From: Stratiformator vulcanicus
Lineage (GTDB): Bacteria; Planctomycetota; Planctomycetia; Planctomycetales; Planctomycetaceae
Assembly: GCF_007744515.1 (NCBI RefSeq)
Contig: NZ_CP036268.1
Span: forward strand, 3,676,088 to 3,740,087
Length of the DNA: 64,000 bases
Direction of reading: 5' to 3'
The number at the start of each line of letters is the position of its first letter. Position 1 is the stretch's first letter. A program made the translations under genes and the position numbers. Of this stretch, positions 47,558 through 57,968 are shown in pieces. The notes under the pieces are model-generated. The model did no database searches. It was not told the origin of the DNA and saw only the letters and a program-made list of their open reading frames with translations.

Positions 47558-48643
47558 TTAATGGCTTCCACGATGAAGAATGACTGCGAACGCGGTTCGG
47601 ATGATTAACGCGGCATCATTCCACAGCGAGCGGGCACGAATGTAGCGGATATCCATTCGCATCCATTCCTTAAACGGCACTTTGCTTTTGCCATGGACCT
47701 GCCAGATGCACGTCAGCCCCGGGGTAATCCAGCGACGGCGACGCTGCCAGACTTCGCATTCGGCCGCTTCGCGACTGTCGAGCGGCCGAGGACCGACCAA
47801 CGTCATGTCGCCTTTTAATACATTCCACAATTGAGGAAGTTCGTCGATACAAGACTTACGCAGGAAACGTCCGATCGGCGTGATTCGAGGATCATTGGCC
47901 ATCTTAAAGGCCGGACCGTCCTGTTCACTCTGCGCCCGCAACGCGGCTTTCCGTTGCTCCGCATCGCGGTACATCGTGCGAAATTTTAAGATCGAAAATG
48001 GCTTGCCACCCCACCCGTCCCGCTTTTGAAGAAAAAAGATCGGGCCGGGCGAAGTGAGTTTAATCAATAATGCCGTCGCGAAGAGCAGCGGTGACAGGGC
48101 AACGATCCCGACCGCGGCACCGACGACGTCAAGCGTTCGTTTCCAGCGGGGCATCGGATTAAGCAGTAGCTCTTCGAGGGGACGGACCGGCATCGCCCCG
48201 TCGGAGTCCGAGTCGTCCGAGTCTTTGGTGCCACGCTTATTCCGTACACGATCGAGGTCTACCGGTTCTCCACTGGGATGCGTGAATAGTTCGACGGCGG
48301 GCAGGGGGCGGATCGGACAATCTTCAAGGACCTGATTGACAAATTTGCGGGCCCCGTCCTCATCCGTATTCCACAGCACCACGCCGATGCGTCCCCCACC
48401 GAGACAGCCGGCATGATCGGTAGCACGCAGACGGTTCAATATATATTCGGCGAAGCGGAAATCAGCCGGCGGTACTTGCTCGCGACACGCCACGGTGTCA
48501 AAGACGGCCAGGCAGAATTGGGATTCGCTGCGATCGGCGCGCATCAATTCAACCTGCACGATGCGATCAAATCGATCGGCTGCGGGAAGTACGTCTTCGG
48601 CCTTCGGGGAGTTCGTTTGGCGACCAAAAAAACTAGCGACCAT
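47558..48643 (-). CDS. initiating sugar transferase (bacterial sugar transferase / WbaP-like C-terminal domain) with an atypical soluble N-terminal domain
   Basis: C-terminal GPIFFLQKRDGWGGKPFSILKFRTM...ELPQLWNVLKGDMTLVGPRP is diagnostic; ATG at 48643 lies 4 nt after the Wzz stop. Confidence 0.85.
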   Translation of the reverse strand: MVASFFGRQTNSPKAEDVLPAADRFDRIVQVELMRADRSESQFCLAVFDTVACREQVPPADFRFAEYILNRLRATDHAGCLGGGRIGVVLWNTDEDGARKFVNQVLEDCPIRPLPAVELFTHPSGEPVDLDRVRNKRGTKDSDDSDSDGAMPVRPLEELLLNPMPRWKRTLDVVGAAVGIVALSPLLFATALLIKLTSPGPIFFLQKRDGWGGKPFSILKFRTMYRDAEQRKAALRAQSEQDGPAFKMANDPRITPIGRFLRKSCIDELPQLWNVLKGDMTLVGPRPLDSREAAECEVWQRRRRWITPGLTCIWQVHGKSKVPFKEWMRMDIRYIRARSLWNDAALIIRTAFAVILHRGSH

Positions 48644-48647
48644 GAAA

Positions 48648-50237
48648 TCATGCCTCCTGTAACGTCGTGCGCCGACGCGGGATTGAAACGTCTGAAGGAA
48701 GTCGGACGCCCTGCGGAACGAGTCGTGGCCAGTACTCCAGTCCGAGGGCGGTCCCGATAGCTGCCAAGACTGCAAAGATGAAACCGGCTGCGAAAATCAT
48801 TTTCTTCTTCGGGCTGATCGGTTTCGTTTCAAGCGTCGCCGTTTGATAGACGTTCACGTTTGAAATGCTGTCATCTGCCAAAGCGGTATCGATCCGGGCC
48901 TGCTCATATTTCTCGGAGTAGGTCCGGAAGTTGGTTTCGAGAATGTCCCGACGTTGCTCGAGCATCGTGAGCTGTGATTCGTGAGCGTTAAGGTTCTCGA
49001 GTCTGGCGGTCGCCTGCAGGAATTGTCGGTTTAATGCATCTCGCCGTGCGAGGAGCGAATCGGCCTTCGTTCTCTCATCGAGCAGCCGCAGCGAAATCTG
49101 TTGGTGGCCGGGGTTTACAGCCGCGGTTTCCTGAGCGTCCGTCGAATCGAGGCGACTCAATTGCTGCTCAGCCCGTTCGACCTGTTCGTTGACCGACAGG
49201 ATCGCCGGGTGTGTGGGTTGGAATTTCGCGAGCAACGTTCGCTCGCGAATTCGCATTTCACTAATCTGCCGACGAATCTGATCGGCGGCCGAGTTCGGGG
49301 AACCGGTGATCCGCGACGTGACCTGCTGCTGCGGGATTTCTTCCAATACGCGTTCCATCGATGCGATTTGTGCCTTCGAAGTCGCGAGAAGTTTTTCCGT
49401 CTCCAGGATGTCGGCTTCGAGATCATTAATCTGCGATTCGATCGCGGAGCGTTTGCCGTCGAGCGTGACCAGGTTCAATTCGGTCTTCATCTCCTGGACT
49501 TCGCCGGCGGCGACCTCGAATTGATTCTTAAGCAGTTCGGTTTGCTTCTCGAAAAACTCCTGAGAACCGTCGGTGCGGTGAACCTGCATATGCTTACGGC
49601 GGAACACGTCGACAATTTCCGCAGCGATCAATTGAGCCAATTCGGGCGAGCCGGCCGTGGCGACGATCGAGACGACGCTCGATTTTTTACCGGAGCTGAA
49701 TTGCACGTTTCGGCTCAGCATCTGCACGGCCTGTTCCTGTTCGCTGACGGCGTCGGACAGCCCGATCGTTCGCAGCAGCGGTCGGACCAACTCCATCGGC
49801 GACCAGTCGAAGGTCGCTGCGTTGGCCTTGTTGTCGATGGCGACGAGTTCACCCGCTTCGTTTTGAATCGGAGCATCGTGCAGCAGGACGTCGGTTCCGA
49901 TGCTCGCGGCAACTTCTTCGAGCAGAATGCGGCTGTGGAGCACATCAAGGACCGAGTTCAGTTCGCTTTCGCGTGACTCGTACACCGAAATCGTTTGAGC
50001 GGTGGTCGCGGTCGGATCGAGCTTGATGCTCTCACCGCCGATGCGGACGAAGAGCTTGGCTTCGGAGCGATACGTCCGCGGGGTCACCATTACCGCGAAG
50101 ACGATTAACCCCATCAGCGAGGCGAATACGATGAGTGACTTAAAGCGATGACGCCACACCGCTGCGGCGACATCCCAAGCGATACGGACGATCTGCGGGG
50201 AGTCGTCAGACCGTTGGCTCGGAGCGATCATGGTCAA
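48648..50237 (-). CDS. polysaccharide chain-length determinant (Wzz/GumC-type copolymerase), no kinase domain
   Basis: N-terminal TM, long coiled-coil periplasmic region, C-terminal TM (MIFAAGFIFAVLAAIGTALGL). Confidence 0.7.
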   Translation of the reverse strand: MTMIAPSQRSDDSPQIVRIAWDVAAAVWRHRFKSLIVFASLMGLIVFAVMVTPRTYRSEAKLFVRIGGESIKLDPTATTAQTISVYESRESELNSVLDVLHSRILLEEVAASIGTDVLLHDAPIQNEAGELVAIDNKANAATFDWSPMELVRPLLRTIGLSDAVSEQEQAVQMLSRNVQFSSGKKSSVVSIVATAGSPELAQLIAAEIVDVFRRKHMQVHRTDGSQEFFEKQTELLKNQFEVAAGEVQEMKTELNLVTLDGKRSAIESQINDLEADILETEKLLATSKAQIASMERVLEEIPQQQVTSRITGSPNSAADQIRRQISEMRIRERTLLAKFQPTHPAILSVNEQVERAEQQLSRLDSTDAQETAAVNPGHQQISLRLLDERTKADSLLARRDALNRQFLQATARLENLNAHESQLTMLEQRRDILETNFRTYSEKYEQARIDTALADDSISNVNVYQTATLETKPISPKKKMIFAAGFIFAVLAAIGTALGLEYWPRLVPQGVRLPSDVSIPRRRTTLQEA

Positions 50238-50554
50238 GGCCAGATGAGGGGGACGAAGTTCCTGCGACTACCACGGGAGGAACCGTGGCATCGTTCGAAC
50301 TCTACGTCACATCCGAGTGCGGTCGGACCGAACTGTAACCGATCCCACAATTAAACCGTTCCGATTTTGCCGGTCGTACGGCCACGTGAGGCAGGACGCC
50401 AAACGCCAACGTTTGATAAGTCGAAAGAGACGAGTCGGGTTTATAACGACGAATCGTCCGAGGTGTTGCGATTCGGAAACAAATACATGCACACAAAAAG
50501 CCCGCGGGAATGAATCCCGCGGGCTTTCGATCTCACATATTCGCTGCGAAGTAT

Positions 50555-51568
50555 TTAATTACTTTGAGGGACGCCGTAGACAACCGTATTAATGCCGTTT
50601 CGTGGTTCGTCGCCCTCGGCCCGTTGCCAATCAGTCCCGTTGAGCGAGTACCACATTTTCCCTCGCCATTGGGTTCCGATTCCGATTTTTTCGTCGGCGT
50701 AAATGATCGAGCAGGGGATTTTGGCCGGAAATTTCAGCCAATCGATACCATCTTCGGAGTAATAGCTATCTCCTTGGCCGCCGGCGACAAAGGCTTTGCC
50801 GGTCCACACGACATTGCGAAAATTCTCTTTCAAGGCGGGCGTGCCTTTCTCCCAATTCTGGCCGTCTTCGGAGTACAAACGAAGTCCGTCTTTACCGACG
50901 GTGACGAATTTACCGGCCCCGAACGTCAGGTCGCTCATCGGGTCCATCTCGCCTTGGAAGTGGGTGATCGTCTCACCGTCCGGGGTCGTCGCGACCCAGT
51001 GAATCGAATTGCCGGGACCACCATTGCCGGAGATGACGAACACACCGTTGCCGAAAGCCCCGCGGCGGCGCTGCATTCCGCCATCGTAGGGCCATTCGAG
51101 CTTCGCTCCCTGCTTCCATGTTTCGCCATCGGTCGAAGACGCGAGATACGAGAAGCTGCCTTTGCCCCAACCCCCGCCGGGCATCCCGACGACAAAGCGA
51201 TCGTTTCCGAACACGACGGGAATCACCCGATTATTGAGTGCGTCGTGTTCCACTGCTTTCCAGTTCTTGCCGTCGCGTGTGACGAGGATATGCCCTTTTT
51301 GAGTCTCGCGGCTCCAACCGCCGCCGCCGGTCACGACGAACATTCCATTCCCGAAAGCGGCCGACATCAGGTTGTCGGAATCGTCTCCGCCCTCGGCTTT
51401 CCACTCCTGAATGTTCTCCCAGTGGATTCCGTCGTTCGACGACATGCGACGACCACCATAGCCGACCGCGACGAACAGCCCCTCCCGTTCGCTTTGTGCG
51501 AACGCGGCTGAGGGGGGAAGAACACAAGCAATGACGAGCGACGCAGAAAGGAAGCAGCGGGCGAACAC
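50555..51568 (-). CDS. secreted BNR/Asp-box repeat beta-propeller protein
   Basis: Signal peptide plus six S-x-D-G-x-x-W repeats (SNDGIHW, TRDGKNW, STDGETW, SEDGQNW, SEDGIDW, SLNGTDW). Confidence 0.6.
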   Translation of the reverse strand: MFARCFLSASLVIACVLPPSAAFAQSEREGLFVAVGYGGRRMSSNDGIHWENIQEWKAEGGDDSDNLMSAAFGNGMFVVTGGGGWSRETQKGHILVTRDGKNWKAVEHDALNNRVIPVVFGNDRFVVGMPGGGWGKGSFSYLASSTDGETWKQGAKLEWPYDGGMQRRRGAFGNGVFVISGNGGPGNSIHWVATTPDGETITHFQGEMDPMSDLTFGAGKFVTVGKDGLRLYSEDGQNWEKGTPALKENFRNVVWTGKAFVAGGQGDSYYSEDGIDWLKFPAKIPCSIIYADEKIGIGTQWRGKMWYSLNGTDWQRAEGDEPRNGINTVVYGVPQSN

Positions 51569-51654
51569 GACGGAATCTCCTGAACGCGAATATTGTCGAC
51601 AGAAGCCGACTTTACTCGGCCGAGGCAGGCGATTTCCAATGCGGCATGGCTCGA

Positions 51655-52161
51655 TCAGTCCAAGTCGTCCAATTTCGCTGCGACTTCATCGACATGGCCT
51701 TTGACTTTGACCTTGGGCCAGACAGCCGCAACTTTGCCCTGCTTGTCGATCAGAAATGTGGCTCGCTGCACTCCGAACGATTTCTTGCCGTACATGTTCT
51801 TCTCGGCCCACACTCCATATTTTTCGCAAATGGCGTGGTCTTCGTCCGACAGCAGCGTGAAGGGAAGCTCGTACTTCGCGGCAAATTTCTCGTGCGATTT
51901 CAACGAGTCGGTACTGATTCCGAGGACGGCGGTGTCGGCATCGTCAAATGTCGCGATCGCGTCGCGAAAGTCACAGGCCTCGGTCGTGCAGCCGGGCGTC
52001 ATATCACGGGGATAAAAATAGAGAACCACGTTTTTTTCGCCCTGAAAACTGCTCAGCCGGACCTTCTTTCCTTCGGGGAAGGCGGGCAGATGAAATGCAG
52101 GGGCTTTTTTTCCGGCAGCGGGCAGATCGGCCATCTTCGGTTGCTTTCTCGATAGGGTCAA
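51655..52161 (-). CDS. bcp: peroxiredoxin Bcp (thiol peroxidase, PrxQ type)
   Basis: FYPRDMTPGCTTEACDFRD contains the CxxxxC peroxidatic/resolving Cys pair; alternative start MADLP at 52134. Confidence 0.9.
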   Translation of the reverse strand: MTLSRKQPKMADLPAAGKKAPAFHLPAFPEGKKVRLSSFQGEKNVVLYFYPRDMTPGCTTEACDFRDAIATFDDADTAVLGISTDSLKSHEKFAAKYELPFTLLSDEDHAICEKYGVWAEKNMYGKKSFGVQRATFLIDKQGKVAAVWPKVKVKGHVDEVAAKLDDLD

Positions 52162-52387
52162 AACTGTCAGCCAGCGATTCGGCTCATTTCCCGATCGCTC
52201 ACTCTGCGAATGAGTGTAGCTGGATTCATCCCATTTTCGATGTTTCGACCGCAGGATGACCTGGGGCCGCTTATCGGCACGACGGCGGAAGCGGAGGTGT
52301 CACCGCGGCAGGTCTTGCAACCGAACGTAAGGAACGCCAGTCTGCCGCCCGGCAAAGCGGTATCCGCAATCATCAGCGAGGCAGGGC

Positions 52388-53122
52388 ATGTCAGCCGGCG
52401 ACGAGCAAATTGATCCGTTTCATGGAGAACTCAACCGCGTTCAGCGGCGGATATTGGGGACGCTCTCTGAGAAAGCGTTCACGACGCCGGCGCAGTATCC
52501 GCTTACTCCCAAAGCGCTGCTGACCGGGTGCAACCAAACGAGCAATCGCTCGCCGGTCACCAACTACGGTGAGGATCAAGTTCAGACCGCGCTGGACGAA
52601 CTGCAGGAGAATGGGCTGCTCGCCGTCGTGCATACCGAGAGCGGACGCACCGAACGATATCGCCACTATTTGCGCAAGCGATTCCCTCTTTCCGAACCGC
52701 AATTGGCCATTTTGACGGAACTGCTGCTCCGTGGGAGGCAGACGGTCGGAGAGTTGCGTGCCCGAGCCGCGCGGATGGTCCCGATCGAAGGGCTTGGCGA
52801 GCTGCGAACTGAATTGCAGGGAATGATCGATCTCGGCTACGTCCGCTCGAGTGGACCGCTTGAACGCCGGGGCGTGGAGGTTGATCACGCACTGTATACC
52901 GCCAGCGAGAGAGCAACGTCATCGATGGACACCCTTTCCGGAGACGTCGATGAAGCCGCATCGGTCGAAAACGGAGCATCGCCATCACCAGATTCCAACG
53001 CCGACCTCGATCAACTGCGTACTGACATTGAGAAGGTCAATCGTCGAGTCGAACTGCTCGTTGAGGAATTCGAGTCTTTGTCGCGCGAATTCGGCCGTCT
53101 TCGCGATTCGTTGGGCGGATGA
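52388..53122 (+). CDS. YceH/DUF480 family protein
   Basis: TTPAQYPLTPKALLTGCNQTSNRSPVTNYGEDQVQTALDELQENGLLAVV matches the conserved DUF480 core. Confidence 0.75.
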   Translation: MSAGDEQIDPFHGELNRVQRRILGTLSEKAFTTPAQYPLTPKALLTGCNQTSNRSPVTNYGEDQVQTALDELQENGLLAVVHTESGRTERYRHYLRKRFPLSEPQLAILTELLLRGRQTVGELRARAARMVPIEGLGELRTELQGMIDLGYVRSSGPLERRGVEVDHALYTASERATSSMDTLSGDVDEAASVENGASPSPDSNADLDQLRTDIEKVNRRVELLVEEFESLSREFGRLRDSLGG

Positions 53123-53288
53123 GACAAAGATGGGATCAACCGAAGGTTGCGGGGCGGATGACAGCCGACCGGCTACCGCGTAGGCTTCCTCAACTGACGA
53201 AATGACAAATTCATTGGTTGCTTTGATTCGGCAGCGGCGACCCCATTGAAAAGGGTTCGCAGCGGATGAATTCATAATCTCAAACGCT

Positions 53289-55727
53289 TTGCCCTCTTTG
53301 GGTGAATCACAAACTCGACGGAGTTCGATCGTGCTCGACTTTGGTTTTTCGCGAATTCAGCGGACCTACTTCCAAGAATGCTTGCGGGCCCGATCGCTCT
53401 TCTCGCTATTGGCATTGGCGGCCGTACTGGTTTTTGCGTCATCCGGGTGCAACGAACCGACATCAGTCGGCGAAGAAGATTCGACGGTCGAGAACGGTTC
53501 GTCTGCACTCAGACCGGGTGCTTCGCTGGTACCTGCCTCCGAGCAACAGGGGTCTCGTCGTGAGACCGTTGCGGGAACCTGGCAGTTTCTCTTTTACAAT
53601 TCGGGAAGCGGCGAGCAACGAGTCGGGCGCGACATCAGCGGCGGATTTATCACATTTGAGAAAACGGACGACGGATACCGCGCCAAAGACTTCAAATCGA
53701 ACTCGATTTTCAGCGATGCCGAACTCGTCGACTCAGAAGTCACCGCTGAAACGGTGAAATTGACGTTCAAAAACAACAACACTTTCGAGTTCGATGGTTC
53801 GCTGTGGGAAGACGGAGTCATTCGTGGCGGAATGCAGTTCAATTTTCCGATGCACTTCCTCCTGCGGTTGGTGCCGCACAGCGGCGAAATTACCGAGGCA
53901 GATTTGAAGCCCATGTCGGTCGGCATGACTGATGGATTCGGCCCGGCGAAGATTGCCTACCGATCGGGCGATCCGGTCGATGCGTTTACGAGTGTGCTCG
54001 AGGAATACCCGGGCAGTCCGGCCGGATTTGAAGCGGTCGATGACTTCCTGTCGGACATCTCCGAAGTCAAAGCCGTCGATAGCAACGGAGTGCGGGAAAT
54101 CGGCGACGCACTGGTCGAGTTCGGCAAGCGATGGTCGCCAGCGACGGCGAACTACGCCCGAGTGACCATAGCAACCAGTCTGATGTCGCAGGGCTACCAA
54201 CTCGACATCGCCGATGAATTTCTGGCGACTGCCAAAGAAGAATCGTCGCCCGAATTCTGGTCGTACTGGGAAGAGGTGATCGACAGCTATCGGGACTTCG
54301 CGATCATTTTGTCGGCCCGGCGCGAAATCAAACAGGCTGCCCGCGCTATCGAGTCCGCTGATGACTCTGAGGACTTGGAAGTGGTCCGAAGCATATATGG
54401 CAAGCATCCGTATGACCCGATCGTCATGTACCGAGCGGCCGATGCTGAAACGAAAGCGGAGAATCTCGAGCAAGCCGCGGAGATCCTGGGACAAATGGTG
54501 GCTCTGCCCGGTCTCGAATCTTCGATCTTGCAAAGCAGCGTTTCGGACGAACTGAGTTTTATCGCGCCGAAGGGACGACTCGGCGGTATCTGGTCGCGGC
54601 TCGACCGTGAAGACGATGCGCTCGATGACTTTCTCGACGAATTGCGCGAGAAGCATTTGTTCTACTTTCTCGATAGCGTCGAGGTGCCCTCACTTAATAG
54701 CGACGGACGCACGGTTCTCACTGAAATGTTCACCGGACAGGGTTGCCCGCCATGTGTGGCGGCCGACCTCGCGCTCGACGGTGCCCAGCAGGCCGTACAG
54801 GGCGATAAACTGATTTCGTTGCGATATCACCTGCACGTTCCATATCCCGATCCGTTAACGAACCTCGACTCTCAGCAACGCTCTGAATACTACGGCGTTC
54901 GCGGGACACCGACCGTCTTTGTGAACGGGGTGCAACCGACCGAACCGCTCGCCGGCGGTTTCACGAATGCTCCCGACTCCTACGAGCGACTGCTCGACGC
55001 GATCTCAGCGGAAAATCAGCAGACGGCAAGCGGCATTCAGTTGCAGGCTAATTCTTCCGTCGGCGGTCAAACTCTTCATGTCTCCGCACGTGCGACTGCG
55101 GAAAAATCGATCCCTTCGTCAGTCCGATTGCGATGCGTGATCGCCGAGCCGGAGGTCGTATACGCCGGCCAGAACGGAATCGTCGAGCATCGAATGGTCG
55201 CTCGACTAATGCCCGGAGGGCCGGACGGCGTGGGCGGTCAGGACAACGCGATCAACTTCGAGACGTCAATCCCGTTGAGCGACATTCCGAAGAACACGAA
55301 CGAGGCCCTCGACCAGTATGAGCAAGCGGTGACGGCCCGCAGCGAGTTCCAGTTCAAGTTTCTCGTTCGCCCGCTCGAGCTCGATGAACTGCGACTGATC
55401 GCCTTCGTACAGGACGACGAAACAAAGGAAGTACTCGCAGCGATCGAAGTGCCAATCACCGGCGAATACGACTTCGCAGCCGTCAGTGAAGAGCACGCGA
55501 AAGCGAGCGACGCTGAGGAAAATGCGAACGCCGGCACGGAAGAAAGTGGCCCGGCGCTTCGACCGGCCAATCAAAGTGACTCAACGGAAGACGGCGATGA
55601 AGCATCGACGTCAGACTCGCCGCAGGAAGCTGGCTCCGCCGAGGAAGCGACTCCGACTGAGTCCGACCAGACGGACAACTCTGAAGAAACAGGCGAGCCG
55701 AGCGAGAGCGGTTCGGACGAAGACTGA
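53289..55727 (+). CDS. large lipoprotein with C-terminal thioredoxin-like CPPC domain and acidic disordered tail
   Basis: Lipobox LVFASSGC; FTGQGCPPCVAADL thioredoxin-fold motif at about residue 480; last 90 aa D/E/S/T-rich. Confidence 0.5.
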   Translation: MPSLGESQTRRSSIVLDFGFSRIQRTYFQECLRARSLFSLLALAAVLVFASSGCNEPTSVGEEDSTVENGSSALRPGASLVPASEQQGSRRETVAGTWQFLFYNSGSGEQRVGRDISGGFITFEKTDDGYRAKDFKSNSIFSDAELVDSEVTAETVKLTFKNNNTFEFDGSLWEDGVIRGGMQFNFPMHFLLRLVPHSGEITEADLKPMSVGMTDGFGPAKIAYRSGDPVDAFTSVLEEYPGSPAGFEAVDDFLSDISEVKAVDSNGVREIGDALVEFGKRWSPATANYARVTIATSLMSQGYQLDIADEFLATAKEESSPEFWSYWEEVIDSYRDFAIILSARREIKQAARAIESADDSEDLEVVRSIYGKHPYDPIVMYRAADAETKAENLEQAAEILGQMVALPGLESSILQSSVSDELSFIAPKGRLGGIWSRLDREDDALDDFLDELREKHLFYFLDSVEVPSLNSDGRTVLTEMFTGQGCPPCVAADLALDGAQQAVQGDKLISLRYHLHVPYPDPLTNLDSQQRSEYYGVRGTPTVFVNGVQPTEPLAGGFTNAPDSYERLLDAISAENQQTASGIQLQANSSVGGQTLHVSARATAEKSIPSSVRLRCVIAEPEVVYAGQNGIVEHRMVARLMPGGPDGVGGQDNAINFETSIPLSDIPKNTNEALDQYEQAVTARSEFQFKFLVRPLELDELRLIAFVQDDETKEVLAAIEVPITGEYDFAAVSEEHAKASDAEENANAGTEESGPALRPANQSDSTEDGDEASTSDSPQEAGSAEEATPTESDQTDNSEETGEPSESGSDED

Positions 55728-55866
55728 TTCCCTGGAAGCGATTTCAATACCAGCCAGAGGCGCAAGCTGATGGTCGATCAACCAGCGATTTCCCGACGGC
55801 TCGCGCCTCGAGCTTGTATTCCGAACGATCTGCGATCGCTTCTTTTGCTTAACTACGGTGCCACAT

Positions 55867-57045
55867 TCAATCCGCCCGCTGACGGCTCAATTGCTCGCGG
55901 ACGGCGATGACTTCGCGCGCGATCCCGCTGATGATGGATTGCTCGGCGGCGGGTGCCTCGGCGCGATTCATCACCGGCCACGTGTAGGTTTCGATTTCGA
56001 GGTGCGGTGCGTACTCAAGACCATCGATCGCCAGCAGGGCTTCATTGAGTTGAGCCCGCGTCGTCGAAAGGCATCCCAACTCCTGCGCATCGACCGGCAC
56101 ATGAAAGTGAATCCGCCATTCATCCGCTTCGGCGAAATCGGGCGACGGCTCGTGACACAACTGCGAGGTTAGGTCGTCCGTGCGACACACGACCCGTCCC
56201 GATTTTGCTCCGAAGGTTTGATGCAGGTACTTCGGCTCGGCGAATGCCGCCAGTTCGTCTCGCGCTTGTTTGTTCGACGGGTCTTCGAGCCGAATAGCGC
56301 AACTGAGTTGAACCTTATTAAGACGAATGCCGGCTTCGGCGACGGCACGAATCGACTCGGTAATGTCTTCAAATTCGACCGCTTGGTGGCACACATCGTA
56401 GCAGAGCCCGATGTGTTGACGGACGACCGCCTCAGCGTCGCCCGCTGAGTCGAACAACTCTCCGAAGAAGGCGACCGCCTGCGGTGTCGTTTCGAGAACG
56501 CAAAACGGTTCTGGCTCGATCGCAAGCCGCACGACCCTTCCGGTTTCGTCGTGTAGTTCGTCCAGGAACTGCGCGGTCTCGATGATTTGTTGTCGACAGG
56601 TCGCCATGAAATCCGGCGACGGCTCATTCTCCGAGTAGCCTAGCGGGACCGTCGACACGCTCCCTTCGACTCCCTCCGGCATCAGGTCGGCGAGGAGGCG
56701 TGCACAGTCTTTGGTGAATTGCAGTCGCTCGGGGGTTGTCCAATCGGGCTGATAGACATCGTGCTTGACGCGTTCGGCGTGAAAGTCACCGAAGGGGAAA
56801 GCATTGAGCGTGTAGCACGAGAGCCCGGCGTCATCAATCACCGGACGCAACGAAGCGGCCGCGGTCTCGTCGTCGAGTAGTTCGGTCGCAACGGGGCGGG
56901 CCAACCACAATCCGACTGACAGGTCTCCGCCGACCTCTCGAGAGATTACCGAAGAGTACGTGCGCAGCCCGGCGACGACTTCATCAACCGATCGACCCGG
57001 ATGGACGTTGGCACAATATGCAAGGGGCAGGGTGCTGATGGACAT
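55867..57045 (-). CDS. xylose-isomerase-like TIM-barrel protein (sugar phosphate isomerase/epimerase family; possibly EboE-like)
   Basis: 392 aa; HxxE/ExE-type metal-site pattern (LAIEPEP, HLEIETYTW); the EboE assignment is unverified. Confidence 0.5.
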   Translation of the reverse strand: MSISTLPLAYCANVHPGRSVDEVVAGLRTYSSVISREVGGDLSVGLWLARPVATELLDDETAAASLRPVIDDAGLSCYTLNAFPFGDFHAERVKHDVYQPDWTTPERLQFTKDCARLLADLMPEGVEGSVSTVPLGYSENEPSPDFMATCRQQIIETAQFLDELHDETGRVVRLAIEPEPFCVLETTPQAVAFFGELFDSAGDAEAVVRQHIGLCYDVCHQAVEFEDITESIRAVAEAGIRLNKVQLSCAIRLEDPSNKQARDELAAFAEPKYLHQTFGAKSGRVVCRTDDLTSQLCHEPSPDFAEADEWRIHFHVPVDAQELGCLSTTRAQLNEALLAIDGLEYAPHLEIETYTWPVMNRAEAPAAEQSIISGIAREVIAVREQLSRQRAD

Positions 57046-57253
57046 TCTCGCAGCGGTACCTTGGTGGAATCAGAATCGGTTCAGCACGCCGGCCTCGGAC
57101 ATCCGCGAGGTCGTTGACCGCTCGCGTGGGCGTTTGTTCGGCGCTACAATGGATTGACGGAGAATTCGCAACCTACGCCTTCAGACGTTTGACCGAAACT
57201 CTGGGGCCGGGGCGGTGTTCCTTCTCTCGGTGTCAATCTTGTAGGACTGACTT

Positions 57254-57874
57254 GTGGCTGTGGCGGAAGCGGAATCGACCAAGCCGGCGCGGATCACCGA
57301 TCCAGACGCGCAGCTGATGATGCGCGTCCGCGACGGCGATGAAGAAGCGTTCGCCCAACTCGTCAGCGCTTATCAGAATCGATTAATCGGAGTCTTTTAC
57401 CATATCGCGGCAACCCGCGACGAGGCGGAGGATTTGGCGCAAGAAACATTCTTGCGCGTTTACCGAGCCCGCGGAACTTACGAACCGACGGCGAAATTTT
57501 CGACATGGCTGTATCGCATCGCGCAAAACCTAGCCAGCAATTCGCGTCGTGGAGCCGGTCGTCGCAAAGAAGTTGCCTATGGCGGAAACGAATCGGGACC
57601 GCTCGGGCCTCGTCCTGCGGAAAACGTGGCGACCGAGAAGTCGGCCCTCATGCCCAGTCGCATGCTCGCCAAAGCCGAAGTTCAAGATATCGTCCGCCTT
57701 GCGCTCGACGAACTAGGAGAGCGGCAGAAAATGGCGGTGTTGCTGCATAAGTTTGAGGGGATGAGTTACGCCGACATTGCCGAATCGATGGAGATGTCGA
57801 TCCCTGCTGTGAAATCGCTGCTTTCCCGAGCTCGCGAGAAATTACGTTCCCGATTGGAGGCCTACGTCCGCTAG
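57254..57874 (+). CDS. ECF-type RNA polymerase sigma factor
   Basis: Sigma-2 region (FAQLVSAYQNRLIGVFYHIAATRDEAEDLAQETFLRVYRA) and sigma-4 region (VLLHKFEGMSYADIAESMEMSIPAVKSLLSRAREKLR). Confidence 0.9.
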   Translation: MAVAEAESTKPARITDPDAQLMMRVRDGDEEAFAQLVSAYQNRLIGVFYHIAATRDEAEDLAQETFLRVYRARGTYEPTAKFSTWLYRIAQNLASNSRRGAGRRKEVAYGGNESGPLGPRPAENVATEKSALMPSRMLAKAEVQDIVRLALDELGERQKMAVLLHKFEGMSYADIAESMEMSIPAVKSLLSRAREKLRSRLEAYVR

Positions 57875-57968
57875 TGCAAGTCGAATTGATCAGAGGGCGA
57901 GGGGTCCGCGGAGCATGATCTCGCGTCCCCAAGCCTGACCGATTTCACGAACCGGATGGTATCGACCG

